A stretch of DNA of 64,000 nucleotides from Elsinoe ampelina (lineage: Eukaryota). Under the pieces are notes generated by a model. It saw nothing but the letters and a program-made list of their open reading frames with translations, did not search any database and was not told the DNA's origin. Both the position numbers and the translations under genes were made by a program. This document shows positions 1-13,329 of this stretch, in pieces; positions within the stretch are counted from its first letter, which is position 1, and every line of letters begins with the position of its first letter. The DNA is taken from the NCBI GenBank assembly GCA_010093995.1, contig ML992501.1, positions 2,421,320 to 2,485,319 of the forward strand, read 5' to 3'.

Positions 1-343
1 CCCCCGCGTTGTTCAGGGTGTAACAATCGACGTTAAGAAGGTCGGCTCGGGTGAAGAGGCCAAGAAGGGCGACCGCGTCGGCATGCGCTACATCGGCAAG
101 TTCGTCAAGGACGGCAAAGTCTTCGACTCCAACAAGAAGGGCAAGCCATTCTCCTTCACCCTCGGCACCGGCCAAGTGATCAAGGGCTGGGACATTGGTA
201 TCGCGGGCATCCGCGTCGGCGGCGAGCGTCGCATCACTGTCCCCGGCCACCTCGCCTACGGTTCTAAGGGCACCCCCGGCATCCCACCCAACGCCGCTCT
301 GCAATTCGACGTCAAGGCTGTGTCGATTGACAAGAAGAAATAA
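1..343 (+). CDS. FPR4: C-terminal FKBP-type peptidyl-prolyl isomerase domain, likely nucleolar Fpr3/Fpr4 type (5' part lies outside the window)
   Basis: Frame open from base 2: ...[41 protein letters not shown]...GGERRIT.P.HLAYG...PGIPPNA.LQFDV; TAA at 341-343. Fpr3 versus Fpr4 cannot be resolved. Confidence 0.88.
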   Translation, partial: PRVVQGVTIDVKKVGSGEEAKKGDRVGMRYIGKFVKDGKVFDSNKKGKPFSFTLGTGQVIKGWDIGIAGIRVGGERRITVPGHLAYGSKGTPGIPPNAALQFDVKAVSIDKKK

Positions 344-754
344 GCGCGTCGAGGACTGTGGCATTTTCTTAGCTCTGTGTCTTCACCTGGATGTACAGTA
401 CAGATACCCGACTTGCACATTGTCGACCTGGAGGTGGTCGTCTGCACATCACTGCAGGGATGAAAGGTCTCTGTTTCGGCGTTCTCGAATCGAGAGGGTT
501 TGCGATGCGGTCTTCGCTTTGTCGAGATGAGAATGGGGGATCAAGTGAAAAAGTTCTCCTTATGTATGTAGAGTATGGCAAATGCAAGATCTAGGGTCAC
601 TCACGCAGCCTTCTGGAGTTCAGCATGTGTGATTTATCCTTATGCTTCTTGAATTGAATACATGAGCCCTTGAGAGGCTGTGCGTTTGTCATTAATTATT
701 CGCTAAGCTATCCGCCATACTAATACACCGTCCGTGTCCAACGTGTCTCCGCCC

Positions 755-2212
755 TCAGACACCCTCGACCCTCGCTTTCTTCCCGTTCGTGCCATTGCTA
801 TCAGCATCATCTAATTTCCGCTTCGACGATGCTGCCCCCTCAGCAGCCGCTGGCGCTGGCTTTGCTGGCTTCTTCTTTTTGATCAATCCGCTCAGATCAT
901 TCGCACCTTTCGTGGCCTCAGCAATCCTCGCCTTCTGCTCCGCTGCAGACTCGCCGAGCAGCGAGCCGAGTATACCACCTATCGCATCTGCGTCAGGGGC
1001 ACCAGCCGGGCCACCGTTCGGAGCTGTCACTGGGCCTTTGAGATCGGTCAACTGGGATATGTTAGCTTTGCCGCTTAGCACGGGATTGGGAAGTGGACTC
1101 ACCCTCTGCTCGAGGTCTTGCACCATCTCAACGACTTCTTTGATGTTCTTCTCCTTCTTCGCCTTCTCATCACCCGTGGCGGACGCTAGCAGAGCCTTCT
1201 CCTTATCGACGCGCAATCGGCAGCTAGCGATTGCTTTCTCCATGTGCGACGCGGCTTCCTTACGCATCTCCTCGTCGACCTCTGGTGGCTTCTCCGCTCC
1301 TGCTTCGGCTGCTTCGCCTTCCTGTTCTGCCTTTCGTATCGATGCGAATTCCAGAGCCAGAGAGAGCTTGTAGTGTGCTTCTGCTAGTAAGCTGCTTTCT
1401 GGCGGGAACAATTTGAGCTTGAGATCTAGACCGGCTTGGAAGTCAGGGATAGCGTCTGAGAAGCGTTCACTCTCTAACCAGATTTCGGCTTGTAGGTCGT
1501 GGGTATCAGCGAGACGTTCCATGACGGACCGCTTTTCGGGACTGATTGTGTCTGATGCTGCGCTTTTGCCCTTGCCTGCTCCGTCTTGTTCCGCTTGATC
1601 AACGCCTTCCAATTGCCTCGTCAGAAGCACTCTGGCCAGATCCAGTACCTCGTATGCGTTGGCGAAATCGTCCTCCTCATCTTCCTGCTCCTCCTCGCCT
1701 TCGCCGTCTTCCTCTTCGCCTTCACTGTCTGTCCAGTTCTCGTCTCCGGTGATCTGGAAGAATGGTTTGCTTGCGTCGTCCGCCTTCTTCCCATTCGTCT
1801 GTCCTCCTTCTTTCTCCTCCACCACCGCTTCCACCACCTCCTCTGCTGTTTTCTCCTCGCCTGACTTGAGCGCATCGCTGCTCTGACCCTTGTCCACTTT
1901 GCGCTTCTTCTTCTTTGGCTCTTCATTTCCAGAGCCAGCTACTTTGCTCCCGAGCACATCTGATTTGCTGATCGCGACGTGGTACAAGCAGCGGCCGTAA
2001 GCATACAGAAGCTCGGCGTTTTGTGGTGACATCTCGCCATTGACAGTCGCTTGGAGCTCGGTCGCTTCACTGTAGAGGTCTGCGGCGGCAGTGTAGTTCT
2101 TCAATGAGTACTCCTTCGTCGCGGACGCCTTTAGCTGGGAGAGTTTTGCCGCGGCCTCCTCCGGCGAGAGCTCTGGCTCAGTGACCGGTGTCAGATCTGA
2201 TACTTCTGCCAT
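755..2212 (-). CDS. NASP/Sim3/Hif1-family histone chaperone (SHNi-TPR)
   Basis: TPR motifs interrupted by an acidic tract (LLYAYGRCLY..., EDDFANAYEVLDLAR, LAEAHYKLSLALEF) and a basic C-terminal NLS. In-frame 51-nt intron at 1052-1102 (GTGAGT..GCTAAC..CAG). Confidence 0.9.
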   Translation of the reverse strand: MAEVSDLTPVTEPELSPEEAAAKLSQLKASATKEYSLKNYTAAADLYSEATELQATVNGEMSPQNAELLYAYGRCLYHVAISKSDVLGSKVAGSGNEEPKKKKRKVDKGQSSDALKSGEEKTAEEVVEAVVEEKEGGQTNGKKADDASKPFFQITGDENWTDSEGEEEDGEGEEEQEDEEDDFANAYEVLDLARVLLTRQLEGVDQAEQDGAGKGKSAASDTISPEKRSVMERLADTHDLQAEIWLESERFSDAIPDFQAGLDLKLKLFPPESSLLAEAHYKLSLALEFASIRKAEQEGEAAEAGAEKPPEVDEEMRKEAASHMEKAIASCRLRVDKEKALLASATGDEKAKKEKNIKEVVEMVQDLEQRVSPLPNPVLSGKANISQLTDLKGPVTAPNGGPAGAPDADAIGGILGSLLGESAAEQKARIAEATKGANDLSGLIKKKKPAKPAPAAAEGAASSKRKLDDADSNGTNGKKARVEGV

Positions 2213-2325
2213 GTTGATTATGATTCGTTATGATTGGGTTGAATTAGGAAGATGCCTCAAATAAAATCTGAGCAGTGAAGAATCTGTTACCGCGACTTGG
2301 TCAAATCCCGCCGTGAAGCTCTTCC

Positions 2326-2370
2326 GGGTTCCAGCTGGGCCTGACTGGCCCTGAGGCTGAGCCTGACTGG
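2326..2370 (+). repeat. Left terminal inverted repeat
   Basis: GGGTTCCAGCTGGGCCTGACTGGCCCTGAGGCTGAGCCTGACTGG compared with the reverse complement of the right end, GAATTGTAGCTGGGGCTGACTGGCGCTGGGGCTGAGCCTGACTAG. Confidence 0.9.
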
Positions 2371-4269
2371 CAGATTAAGGTTTAGTAGTTGCTTGGCAGC
2401 CTTCGGACTGACTAGCAGAAATATTACTACGCGTGCTATGTTACTTTTGTGTTTTCCTCCTGTATATCAGTCTATAAGCAAGAAAGGTCTACTACTTGAT
2501 TAGTATAGCAGTGTCTATTTTATAGATAGAAGCGTAGATATAGTCTATATATTAACTAGTTAATACTTCTTCTATATCTAGTTAATCTATAACTAGTACC
2601 TAGATCTAAAACACTTAGGATACATTAAGTAATTTAATCTTGTTTAGTATAGGCATAGACCTAGTATATATAGTATCTAGATTATAAATATATAAAGAAT
2701 CTTATTTAAATAGAAATATATCTAAGAATATAGGATTATTATATCTTAAAACAACTATTAAAGAGCAATTACTATAGATAAGCGATAAAATCACCTATTC
2801 TACTAAGACTACCTAGTAATAAGTAAATCTAGCATTATATACTTTATTTATTTAAATAGAAGTATATTACTAATATAGCTTACTAAACTAGAAGATGCTA
2901 TAAAGATTTGCCTTATATTTAGAATTATTATAAGCAGAGTATATATATTTAAAGTATATACTCTAAATAGATTACTAACATATAAGATTTAATTCTTAAC
3001 TAAGTAACAAAAGAAATATAATTTTATAAATATACTTTTCTTAGGCTAATAAGGAAAGAATACTATCTATAAAGTATTTCGATATACTAGAATTTAGTAC
3101 TATAAATATGCTTATTAAGATATACTATTCTATTATCTAGAGTATAGTTACCTAATAGAAGATACTCTTAGATCTCTATATAGAAGATCTTCTTAACTAA
3201 GATATAAGCTTTTAAGTATTAAGTAGTAGAAAAGGAATACTAAAGCATTTCTAAATACTATTAAAATAAACTAGTATTTAGAATAAGACATATATATTAA
3301 TCTACTTAGTAATAGATATTATATAGATAATAAGCTTAAAATACTTATTAAGAATAGAGTATAAACACTCTTATTCTTTAGATTAAAACTATGCTAAATC
3401 TATATAGGAAATATTTATTAGCTACTCTAAGAATGTTTTTACACTATAGTATTAAGCAACATTTATTCCTTAGTAGAGAAGTAAGATTAATATAAAATAC
3501 CTAACTTACCTTATTAGTAAAGGAAGTTAAACTAAAGCAAAGATAGATTATATATATATAAGAAATAAGATAGAGAAGAAGGTTCTCTATAGTAAGTTTA
3601 TATAAGTAGTATTTATAATCTATACTAATAGTAGAAGTATATAATTATCTATAGGAAAGTAGAAGAATTATATAATAGCTAACTAGTAAGATATACTTAG
3701 TAAGTTACTAAGTCTTATTCGATGCCTATATACTATTATAGCTAGTAAAGTATAGCTTTATTATAGTAGTAGCGTAAGGAGAATATAACTATTACTCTTC
3801 TTTACCCCTATATATACTACTTAATTAGAAAAAGCAGATTCTAGAGCTTCTATAATTAATAGACAGAACTACTCTTTAGAGCTATAAGTATATAGACTAT
3901 ATATAGTTTAAGTATATACTAAATTCTCTATAGGCTTATTTATATACTTACCTTAACTTATAGCCCTTACTAAAGAGTATAAGATAATAAACTTACTCTC
4001 CTAGGTTAAGAGTATATCTAATAGATTAAGAGTAGCTATATAGGTTTAGAAAAGTTAACTAATTAAATATCTATTAGGTACTAATATAGTAAGTAAGTAA
4101 AGTATAGAAGTAGTATAGATAATACTTACTCTATATAGCTATTTAGCAAGAATTTAGAAGGGAAAAGAATTTACCTTCTAAATAGAGATAAATTAGAGAC
4201 ATTTATAATATTAATAATATAAGATTTATAATTATTTACTTCTTAGATGCTTAAGTAAAAGCATTTTAA

Positions 4270-5040
4270 AAGGTATAGTATATCGAGATAGATCTTATAT
4301 ATAAACTCTATTACGAGAAGACTAGTCTCTTTACTATCTTAAGCTAGAATATAAATACTTAAAGTATACTTTATATGTCTTATAAGAAGTTACTACTAAC
4401 CTTCTAAAGTAATTATTAACTATATCTATGTTTATATAAACATAGACAAGAAAAAGAACTATATAGTAATATTCTAGTAAGTGTTTTACCTCTTTAATTA
4501 AATTAATTAGAAGCCGATTAGATTTGTAATATTATATAACAAGAAAAATAGAATTAGAATAGTTACTATAGATAGTTATAGGAAATAAGTATATAGTTTA
4601 TATATAGATCTTATATAAATTCCTTTCTAATATTATATAGAATTTAAAAAGTACCTTAAGAGTTTAGATCTAATAATAATATAGTAGTAACACCTTATAA
4701 GAACACTTATTAGCTATATAATATATCTATAACGAAACTTTATAAGTTAATTTCTAAACTATAAAGCTACTAGTAGAGTAATAAAGGTGTTTAAGATATA
4801 GAATAAGTATAATATTATTCGGAAATTAAATAGAATCTATAAAGATTACTCTAAGCTAGAGAGTTAGATTTTCTATTATAAGTATAGTTAGAGACTAGCT
4901 AGTATTATACTAGCTTTCTTAGAAATCCCTAGTAATTAGTAAATTACTATACTAAAGTATACTAGGATAAGTAAGAGTAGTTATAACTAAGACAACTAGA
5001 TAGCTAGTAGGAGAAATACACTTCTAGAAGGTATACTAAA
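4270..5040 (+). pseudogene. Catalytic core of a RIP-mutated Mutator-like DDE transposase (gene probably spans about 2.7-5.7 kb; ends not resolved)
   Basis: Reads YIEIDLIYK (D at 4291), intron, ...KPIRF..LY....IRIVTIDSYRK*VY (D at 4571), ...HLIRTLISYIIYL*RNF and ...YTRISKSSYN. Reverting C>T/G>A gives IE.DLTYK, D.CGKQA.GFGKYL..LDP, SCxxHLQRNF and TGISESSHN, matching a D..D..CxxH..E order. Confidence 0.7.
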
Positions 5041-6316
5041 GTAAGTCTATCTATATATTATCTATTTAACATCTACTTACTATTATAAGAATAAAGAGTT
5101 ATACTTAGAATATATTTATAACATAATAGCTTTAAGAACAATTTAGTATTCTAAATATATAGTAGAATATATCTAAATAGGCTAGAATTATAAAGTCGAT
5201 ACGGAAGAAATATAAGTATATTAAGTATACCTCTAGAGTATATACTAAAACTAGATAGGTAGGCTATAGTAAAAATAAGTTAAATAAAGACGAAGTAGAC
5301 TAGATCTATAGTACCTACGGAATTCCTCTAATCCCTTTAAGGAATAAGATTTAAATATACTTTAGAGAAATAAGTATTCTAATACTAATAGTAATCTAGA
5401 GTCTATCTCTAGAGTATTAAGTTAAGCACTAGAAGATTTACTCTCTATATAGAGTTTACTTATTAATATAATCTATTCGGAAACTATATATAGTTTATTT
5501 ACGAACTAGACTAACTCTTAGTATATAGGAAGTACTTATTCTATAAGTATACTACTACTATTAGTACTAGTAAGTAGAAAGCGCTCTTAATAGTAGAGTT
5601 ATAATCTAGCTAAAGTAAAAGAGTAAAGAAAGTAGATTAAGGCTCTTATTAATAAACAATTAAGGTAGTCTACTATACTTTAGAAGCTTAAGTAATTAAA
5701 AGTAGCTAATAAGTAGAGAGTATAGGCTTTAGGACTCTAATATATATAGATACTATATAGTTTCTATATATCTACTTTGTCTTTTTACCTTAGATTCTAC
5801 TTAATCTTCTTTACTATATAGGAGATATAACAGTAGAAATACTATTTATACTTATGTCTAGAGCGTCTTTAGACACGATAGATACTTTATATATATTAAC
5901 TTTAGAGGCTATTTCTATATTAAGGAGTTTTTCTTAGATTCTTCTTCTCTTCTAGGCTAGTACTATAAGTATAGAACAAATAGAAATAACATAGTTAATA
6001 TACTATTAGACTCTATTTAAAGTTACTATTCTAGACTAATAGAATCTACTTCTTTATTATCTATCTTACGCACCTATACTATTAGACTTCTAATTCTTTT
6101 CTTTTTACTAAATAAACAAGAAATAGGTGCTTACTAAATTAGTACTAGAGAGTAAGGCAATAAGATATATACTCTATAGAACTAGGTCCCCTATTGCTTT
6201 ATAAAGGCTAAGTCTTCTCTACTAAGTGTTATAAGATAATATAATAGTAATTAGAGTATAAATAATACACTTTAGCTTTATACTTAAGTATATACTTTAT
6301 AAGTAAGCTATCCTAA

Positions 6317-6779
6317 TGTTACGAACTAGTAGGATAGCTAGAGCGTAGAGATGTTAGGACTAATTAAACTACTAAGATTATTACGTAACTTAGCTCGATA
6401 TTTACCTAGTTCTCTACCTTCTCTAGTAGCTCTACCTCTAAAACTATAGAGCGTATAGGTTACTAGCGGACAAGTACTCTATACTACTCCTAACTCTTGC
6501 TATAGAGTATATAGAGCACATAGAGAATATAATAGAGAATATATGTATATAGGAATAGTCCTTACCTTATATAAGTACTATAGTTAACCTTATCTAGATA
6601 GCGAACACTAGTATTACTAAGGCTAGCCTTTATAATACTATCTAATTGTACTTTATTATCTATAAGATATACCTTCTTTAACTCTTACCTTAGTACTATA
6701 CTACTATAGAAGTAGAACTACCTCGTTCTTAGCTTAGCTTAGACTACTTACATAGGCTATATTTAGATAGTTTATAACA
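6317..6779 (+). repeat. 5' LTR (463 bp)
   Basis: Starts TGTTACG, ends ATAACA; collinear with 12867-13329. Confidence 0.95.
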
Positions 6780-9700
6780 TTTTAACTACTCTTACTATAG
6801 TATAGCACGCTATAAGGTTAATAAGTAACTCTTGCTCTAAGTTACTATTAGTATCTTCGATCGCTAGTAGGCTAGGAAAGCTTACTATTAACGATATATC
6901 TACTACTAGTTTAACCTTAGGTAAATATAGAAGGTCTCTTAGTATAGAGAAAGGACAGAGTAAGTCTAAGTTAGAGGTAAAACTCTTTTATAAGAACTAC
7001 GCCTACTTAAGGCACTTCCTTATTTAACTTAAAGCCTTCTTTACTCTAGAAGAGAATAAGTATACTAACGACGTAGTAAAGGTTCTCTATGCTAGGATAC
7101 ACCTTAAAGGCGCTACCTTCGGGTAGTTTAAACCTTATATAAGTAGCTACCTAGATAGATAACTAAGCCTAGATATAAAGGCTATCTTTAAGAGCTTTAG
7201 CATCTTCTAGGCAAAGATTAAGTAAGTCTTTAATATATCTAATAAGGAACATATTACTATAATAAAGATCTAATAACTATAACAACGTAGGTCTATAGCC
7301 TAGTACTATTCCTAGTTCTAATAACTCGTAATGTACCTAGACTAGAATAATAGTACTAAACATTTAGTATTCTACTAAGGACTAAGCGACTTAGTTAAAG
7401 ACTAAATAATACTTAAGCTGCCTAATAGCCTCTAGGAGCTAGTAGACACTATAATTGCTATCGATAATAGACTCTATAAACGACATATAGAGCGTTATAG
7501 AGGATATAAGGTAAATACTAGATATACGCGTTTCTCCCGGAACTATAAAGACTTTATAGAACTTAATACTATACGTAAAGGCTGCTTCTTATAGGTATAG
7601 AGCTATAGTTACAAAGGAAAGTTCCTTAGTAGAAAAGAGAGAGAGAAGTATAGATAAGATAATCTATGTTTTAAGTGTAAAAGACCTAGGTATTAGACTA
7701 GAGACTACCGATAAGAGGCACTAGCTAATAGATTATATATAATAGTTGCTAGGCTAGTAGAGAAAAAGGCTAATACTACTATAGAAGACCTAACGACCTT
7801 TAGCGTAGGTAAGGAAACATAGAAGAAGTCTATAATAACTTAAGAGATAATAGAATTCTCTCTAGATATTATACTTAATATCTCTATAACTAATAATAAA
7901 TAATAAAGCTAATACGTAATACTATTATAGATAGTATATTATAATAACTCTTGTTATATTTACTTATTAGACAAGTAGAGATCTAGTTAGTTTCTATATA
8001 AGCTATCTAAGTATAGGTAACTAACGAAATAGCTAGACTAGGAACTCGACCTAGAAGGGCTCTCTATAATTAGTAATAATAGTAACTAACCTTAGAAGGT
8101 AGTTAGTAACAATTACTAATATACAATTATCGAGACGAAGTATTAGAACATAAGCGCTATACAATAATATAGTAGCCTTACCTTTAGCTCTTATAGCGAA
8201 CTATAAGGAAAGACATATTATATATTACTCTAGAAATGTATAAATCTAGATTATAAATAGTACTATACTATCTACTTATATAATGTACTTAGAGAAGACA
8301 CTATTAGTCTTAAATATACTATAGACTTCTTAGTATAGTACTATTCCCTATAGCTAAGTATAAGAGTATACTTAGTGTAGCCTTACTAACTATAACTATA
8401 CTAGAGACAGTAGCGACGAAGAGGAATATAACGAAGAATATACTAAATAACTATAATATAATAACATAGATAAGAACTTATCTAACAATAATAACAATAA
8501 TAATGTACTACTACTAGGCGAACGACTTAAAGTATACCTTATAGAGATATAGAGGAATTATATAATAATATATATCTACTACTAGAATAGGACATAACAA
8601 GACGAATCTATATAACTTACTTTTGTCTTTAATACTAACGCCTAGCTATACCTAGAGGGAATAGTTATACTAATATAGGTATATAACACTACTTAGTACA
8701 ACTAGTAGAGAATTATTAGACTTTATAGTTACTAAGGGACTTAGGCGCTAGAAGTTTACCTTACTATATTAAATAGCGACAAAATACAACTTGCCTAATA
8801 GATATAGTACTAATAGTAGATACGTGTAGAAAGGGATTAGCTACTTATCTAAGGAGCTATAATGACAAAAAACTAGCTAGTTGTCGCCTAGTAAGGTAAG
8901 ACAATAACGCTAGCTAAAGCCTTAACGTAATAAAGATCTATATATTAAATTACTTTATACTAGAAGTCTAAATATAAGGAAATAAGGTAAGAGTAATAAT
9001 AGATTTAGGAGCTAACTATAGCTACGTCTCTGCTATAGTTGCTAATTAGCTTAAACCTTATTAATATTAGAAGGAGTTACCTTACCTACTTACTATAGTA
9101 GATAGAACCTCTATAGGGAAGAATAGGAAAGTTACTTAGGAACTATAAAACGTTATAATCTAAATTAGAATACACACGGAAAAATAATTAATTAATATAG
9201 TTAATATATAGTATAACCTAGTACTTAGTATAGACTAGCTTTAATAATATAATCTAGACGTAGACTAGATTAAAGAAACACTCGAATTTCCTAAGTATAA
9301 TTATAGAACGTAGGGAGTATAATTAGCTCTACGGATACTAACTATAAAGATAGTATAGGTATAACTAATAGTTAGAGCTATCGCTAGTATAAGTAATTAA
9401 GTACTTCCGCTAGAATATAAAGACTTTAAGGACTTATTTAAAGAAAGAGAAGGCATTATAGCCTTACTCTAATATAAATTATAGAATTATAAAATACCTT
9501 TTAAAGAGAGTAAATCCCCGATATACTATTAAGGTCTTATACTACTATTAAAATAAGAGAAGAATATCCTTAAGAACTATATTAATAAGCACTTACTTAA
9601 AGGATTTATACAACTATTAAAATTACCTATTATATATAGAGTACTTTTTACACCTAAAAAGAATAGAATATTATAAGTATATATTAATTACTAGAAACTT

Positions 9701-12249
9701 AATACACTTACTAGAAAGAATTACTATTCCCTACTAAGGATTAATAAACTTTAAGACTAACTACTTAAAGCTAAATAGTTCACTGTAATTAACATTAGGG
9801 ATGCCTATTATTAAGTATAAATAAAGGAGAGTAAGGAGTAGAAAATAGCTTTTAGGACATAATAGAGTCTATATAAGTACCTTGTTATACCCTTTAGGTT
9901 AACTAATACTCCTATAACCTTCTAAGAGTTAATTAATAACACTCTATAAGAATACCTTAACAACTTTATCTTAGTATATCTAGATAATATTATTATCTTC
10001 TTAAAGATATATAATAAACATATAGGACATATTTATAAAGTGCTATAGAAACTAAAAAAGAAAGACCTACTAGTAAAACTCTCTAAGTATAAGTTCTATA
10101 AGTATAAGATATAATTTCTAAGCTATATTATATCTACTAATAGTATTAGACCCGATCTAAAGAAGATTAAATTAGTAAATAACTAGCCGGAACCTATAAT
10201 AGTTAAGGAGGTTTAAGCGCTACTAGAGTTCTTTAACTACTATTATAAGTTTATTAAGAGATTCTCTAAGGTAGCTACGCTAATATTTAACCTTATAAAA
10301 AAGAAAACTAGCTTTGTCTTTAACGAAAAATGTAGATAGGCCTTTAAGGAGCTAAAGCTTAGACTTATAATAGTACCTGTTCTAGTACTCTTTAACTTAG
10401 ACTAATAAGCACTACTAGAAATAGATACCTCAGACTTTGCGATAGAAGCATATCTAGCGTAGAAGAATATAGAAGAATAATACTACCTAATTATATACTA
10501 CTTACGAAAAATAACTAGACCTAAACTTAACTATAATATATATAATAAGGAATTACTTATAATTATAAAAGTGTTCCGTAAATAGAGAGTATACCTAGAA
10601 GAGATAACCTTACTAGTATAAGTCTATACTAACTATAAGAACCTTCTATATTAGACAATAACTAAGGTTCTTAATAGATAATAGGTCCGATAGTTAGAAA
10701 CACTTATAAGCTATAACTTCTAGATCTACTATATTAAGAAATTAGAGAATAGCGAAGTAGACGCTCTTAGCTACTAGCTAGATTACTTAAAAAATATAAC
10801 AATAATAGAGGCCTCTATACTAAAGTAGTAAGACAGCGCTCTAATCTATAAATACCTAAAGGTAGAGTAGTTATATAGCCTTACCTAGGAGCTTACGTAA
10901 GAATAGAAAAAAGAAGTTATTTAAATATACTATAATAACCTAATAGTAGGACATAGCGGGATTAATAAGACTATTAAACTTATTACATAAAACTACCTCT
11001 AGAAAGAACTTTAAAACGATATTAAGACGTATATTACTATATGTAATACATGCTATAAGTCTAAACACTCTCGATATAAACTATATAGCCTACTATAACC
11101 TTTACTACTACTAGACAAACTATAGTAATTAGTTATAATAGACTTTATAGGACCTCTACTACTATTAGAAGAACCTCTTATAGGTGTAAAGTATAATAGC
11201 ATTCTAGTTCTAGTAGATAGATTTATAAAGTATTACTACTTTATACTATATAAGACAATAGTAACTACTAAGGATATAGCCTTTACCTTCCTTCGAATAA
11301 TTGTTTTATAATATAGAGTACTATAAGACCTAATAACTGATAGAGATAAGCTATTTACATTACAATTCTAGTAATTATTTATAGACCTACTAGGAGTTAA
11401 ATATAAGCTATTAATCTTCTTTTATCTATAAATAGACGAATAAACTAAACAGGTAAACTAAGTACTAGAATAGTACCTATAATGCTATCTAAACTATAAG
11501 TAAGACTTATAAGTAACACTATTACTACTCGTAGAGCTTACTATTAATAATAGAAAGTTAGTAAATAGAATTTTACTATTCTATATAAACTATAGAATAT
11601 ACTTAGACCTATACTACGACATACTTAGAATTAAGCTAATATCTAAGGATACTAATATACTAGTAGCTAACATTAAGAAACTATATAACTAGCTATACTA
11701 CGATATAATGTTTATATTATAGAGAATAGTAGACTTTGCTAACTAAAAGAGAATTGCGAGACTAATTCTATAGAAGGGAGAGAAAGTTTACCTCCTTAGT
11801 AAAAATATTAAAACAAAATAACTAAGTAAGAAACTTAACTATACTAAACTAGGACCCTTTAAGATCTTAGAAAAGAAAAACAAAAACGTATATAAACTAG
11901 AACTACCTAGGTATATAAGGATCTACTTAGTCTTTTATATATTACTATTAGAAAAAGCACTATAGGATATAGTACCTAGACCTATTAAACTAGATAAAGA
12001 GATATAGGAACTATAGTATAAGATTAAAAGGGTTTTATATTATAAATTTATAAGGGAAAAACGTTACTATTTTATCTACTAGAAAGGACATTAGTATAGT
12101 AAAGTAACATAGAAACTAGAGGAGTACTTTACCTCGTAAGTAATTCTAGATTACTAGACTAAAAATCTATCCTAAGTAAACTAACTAGGTAGGCCTAACG
12201 CTACTAATACTAAACAAAAATAAGAACGCCTAAGAAAGACTACTTAGCT

Positions 12250-12792
12250 AATAGAAGTACTTTAATTATTGCCGAATAAGGAACCCTAATTAGAGTCGGG
12301 CATAAATAATTACTAATTCTATAGTAGGACGGGATCTACTAACAATAGTATTTCCTCTTACTCTAAGACTTAAATATAAGTCTCCTCTAGAGAGATTACT
12401 TTCTCCGCCTTATTCTTTAACTTTTATATCTCTTTATAGAGCTAAAGCTTATTACCTATAGCTCTTTAACAAGCCTCTTTTACCTTTTTATAAGCTTCTT
12501 TAGCTTCCTTTCTAGTAGCCTTAGCTATAACTAATTCCTTTCGTAAATAAATATACTTAGACTAGAGACGCTACTATTTTAATTTTATTACTTAAATATT
12601 ATAACCTAAGTAGTTACTTATAATATACTAGCTATAAATACTTAACTAAATATAGACTTTATAGTCTAGCCCTTTTAACTTTTAATAAGAGTAAGCTTAT
12701 AGCATGCTAGTTCTAAATAGTTTAATAAACTCTAAGAGATTCTTTCGTACGGATATACTAGATTTACTATGCCTTTAACGACTAGGAGGCAT
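12250..12792 (-). pseudogene. Antisense extra ORF relic between pol and the 3' LTR (Cys-rich motif followed by coiled coil)
   Basis: ATG at 12792 gives MPPSR*RHSKS...KGLDYKVYI*LSIYS*YI......YNI followed by a K/E-rich helix. The TAT/TAC codons revert to a Cys cluster. The 3' end is approximate. Confidence 0.5.
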
Positions 12793-12866
12793 ATTTAGTA
12801 TATAGTATATAAAGACAAGAAAGAATACTTACTTGTTAGAACAATTTAATTAAAGGAAAAGAGTAA

Positions 12867-13329
12867 TGTTATAAACTAGTAGGACAGCTAAAGTATAGAG
12901 ACATTAGGACTAATTAAACTACTAAGATTATTACGTAACCTAGCCTAACATTTACCTAGTTCTCTACCTTCTCTAGTAGCTCTACCTCTAAAACTATAGA
13001 GCGCGTAGGTTACTAGCGGACAAGTACTCTATACTGCCTCTAACTCTTGCTATAGAGTATATAGAGCATATAGAGAACGTAACAGAGAATACATATATAT
13101 AGGAATAGTCCTTACCTTATATAAGTACTATAGTTAACCTTATCTAGATAGCGAATACTAGTATTACTAAGGCTAGCCTTTATAATACTATCTAATTGTA
13201 CTTTATTATCTATAAGACATACCTTCTCTAACTCTTACCTTAGTGCTATACTACTATAGAAGTAGAACTACCTCGTTCTTAGCTTAGCTTAGACTACTCG
13301 CGTAGGCTATATTTAGACGGTTCGTAACA
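12867..13329 (+). repeat. 3' LTR (463 bp)
   Basis: Starts TGTTATA, ends CGTAACA; preceded by the polypurine tract and followed by TSD CCTAA. Confidence 0.95.

Larger units (their letters stand above)
6317..13329 (+). mobile_element. Full-length RIP-mutated Ty3/Gypsy LTR retrotransposon (chromovirus)
   Basis: 463-bp LTRs with TG..CA ends. TSD CCTAA at 6312-6316 and 13330-13334. PPT at 12852-12863. Relics in order: gag CCHC (~7665), protease IDLGA (~9000), RT YLDN (~9976), RNase H EIDTSDFAI (~10420), integrase GH.G..KT/CNTC/ITDRDKLF/GPFKI (10950-11870), chromodomain-like (~12020-12130). Confidence 0.95.

Noticed and set aside
1..2212. FPR4, NASP and DPB2 as a functional chromatin-replication cluster
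   Set aside because: Thematically related, but adjacency of housekeeping genes alone is not evidence without synteny data.
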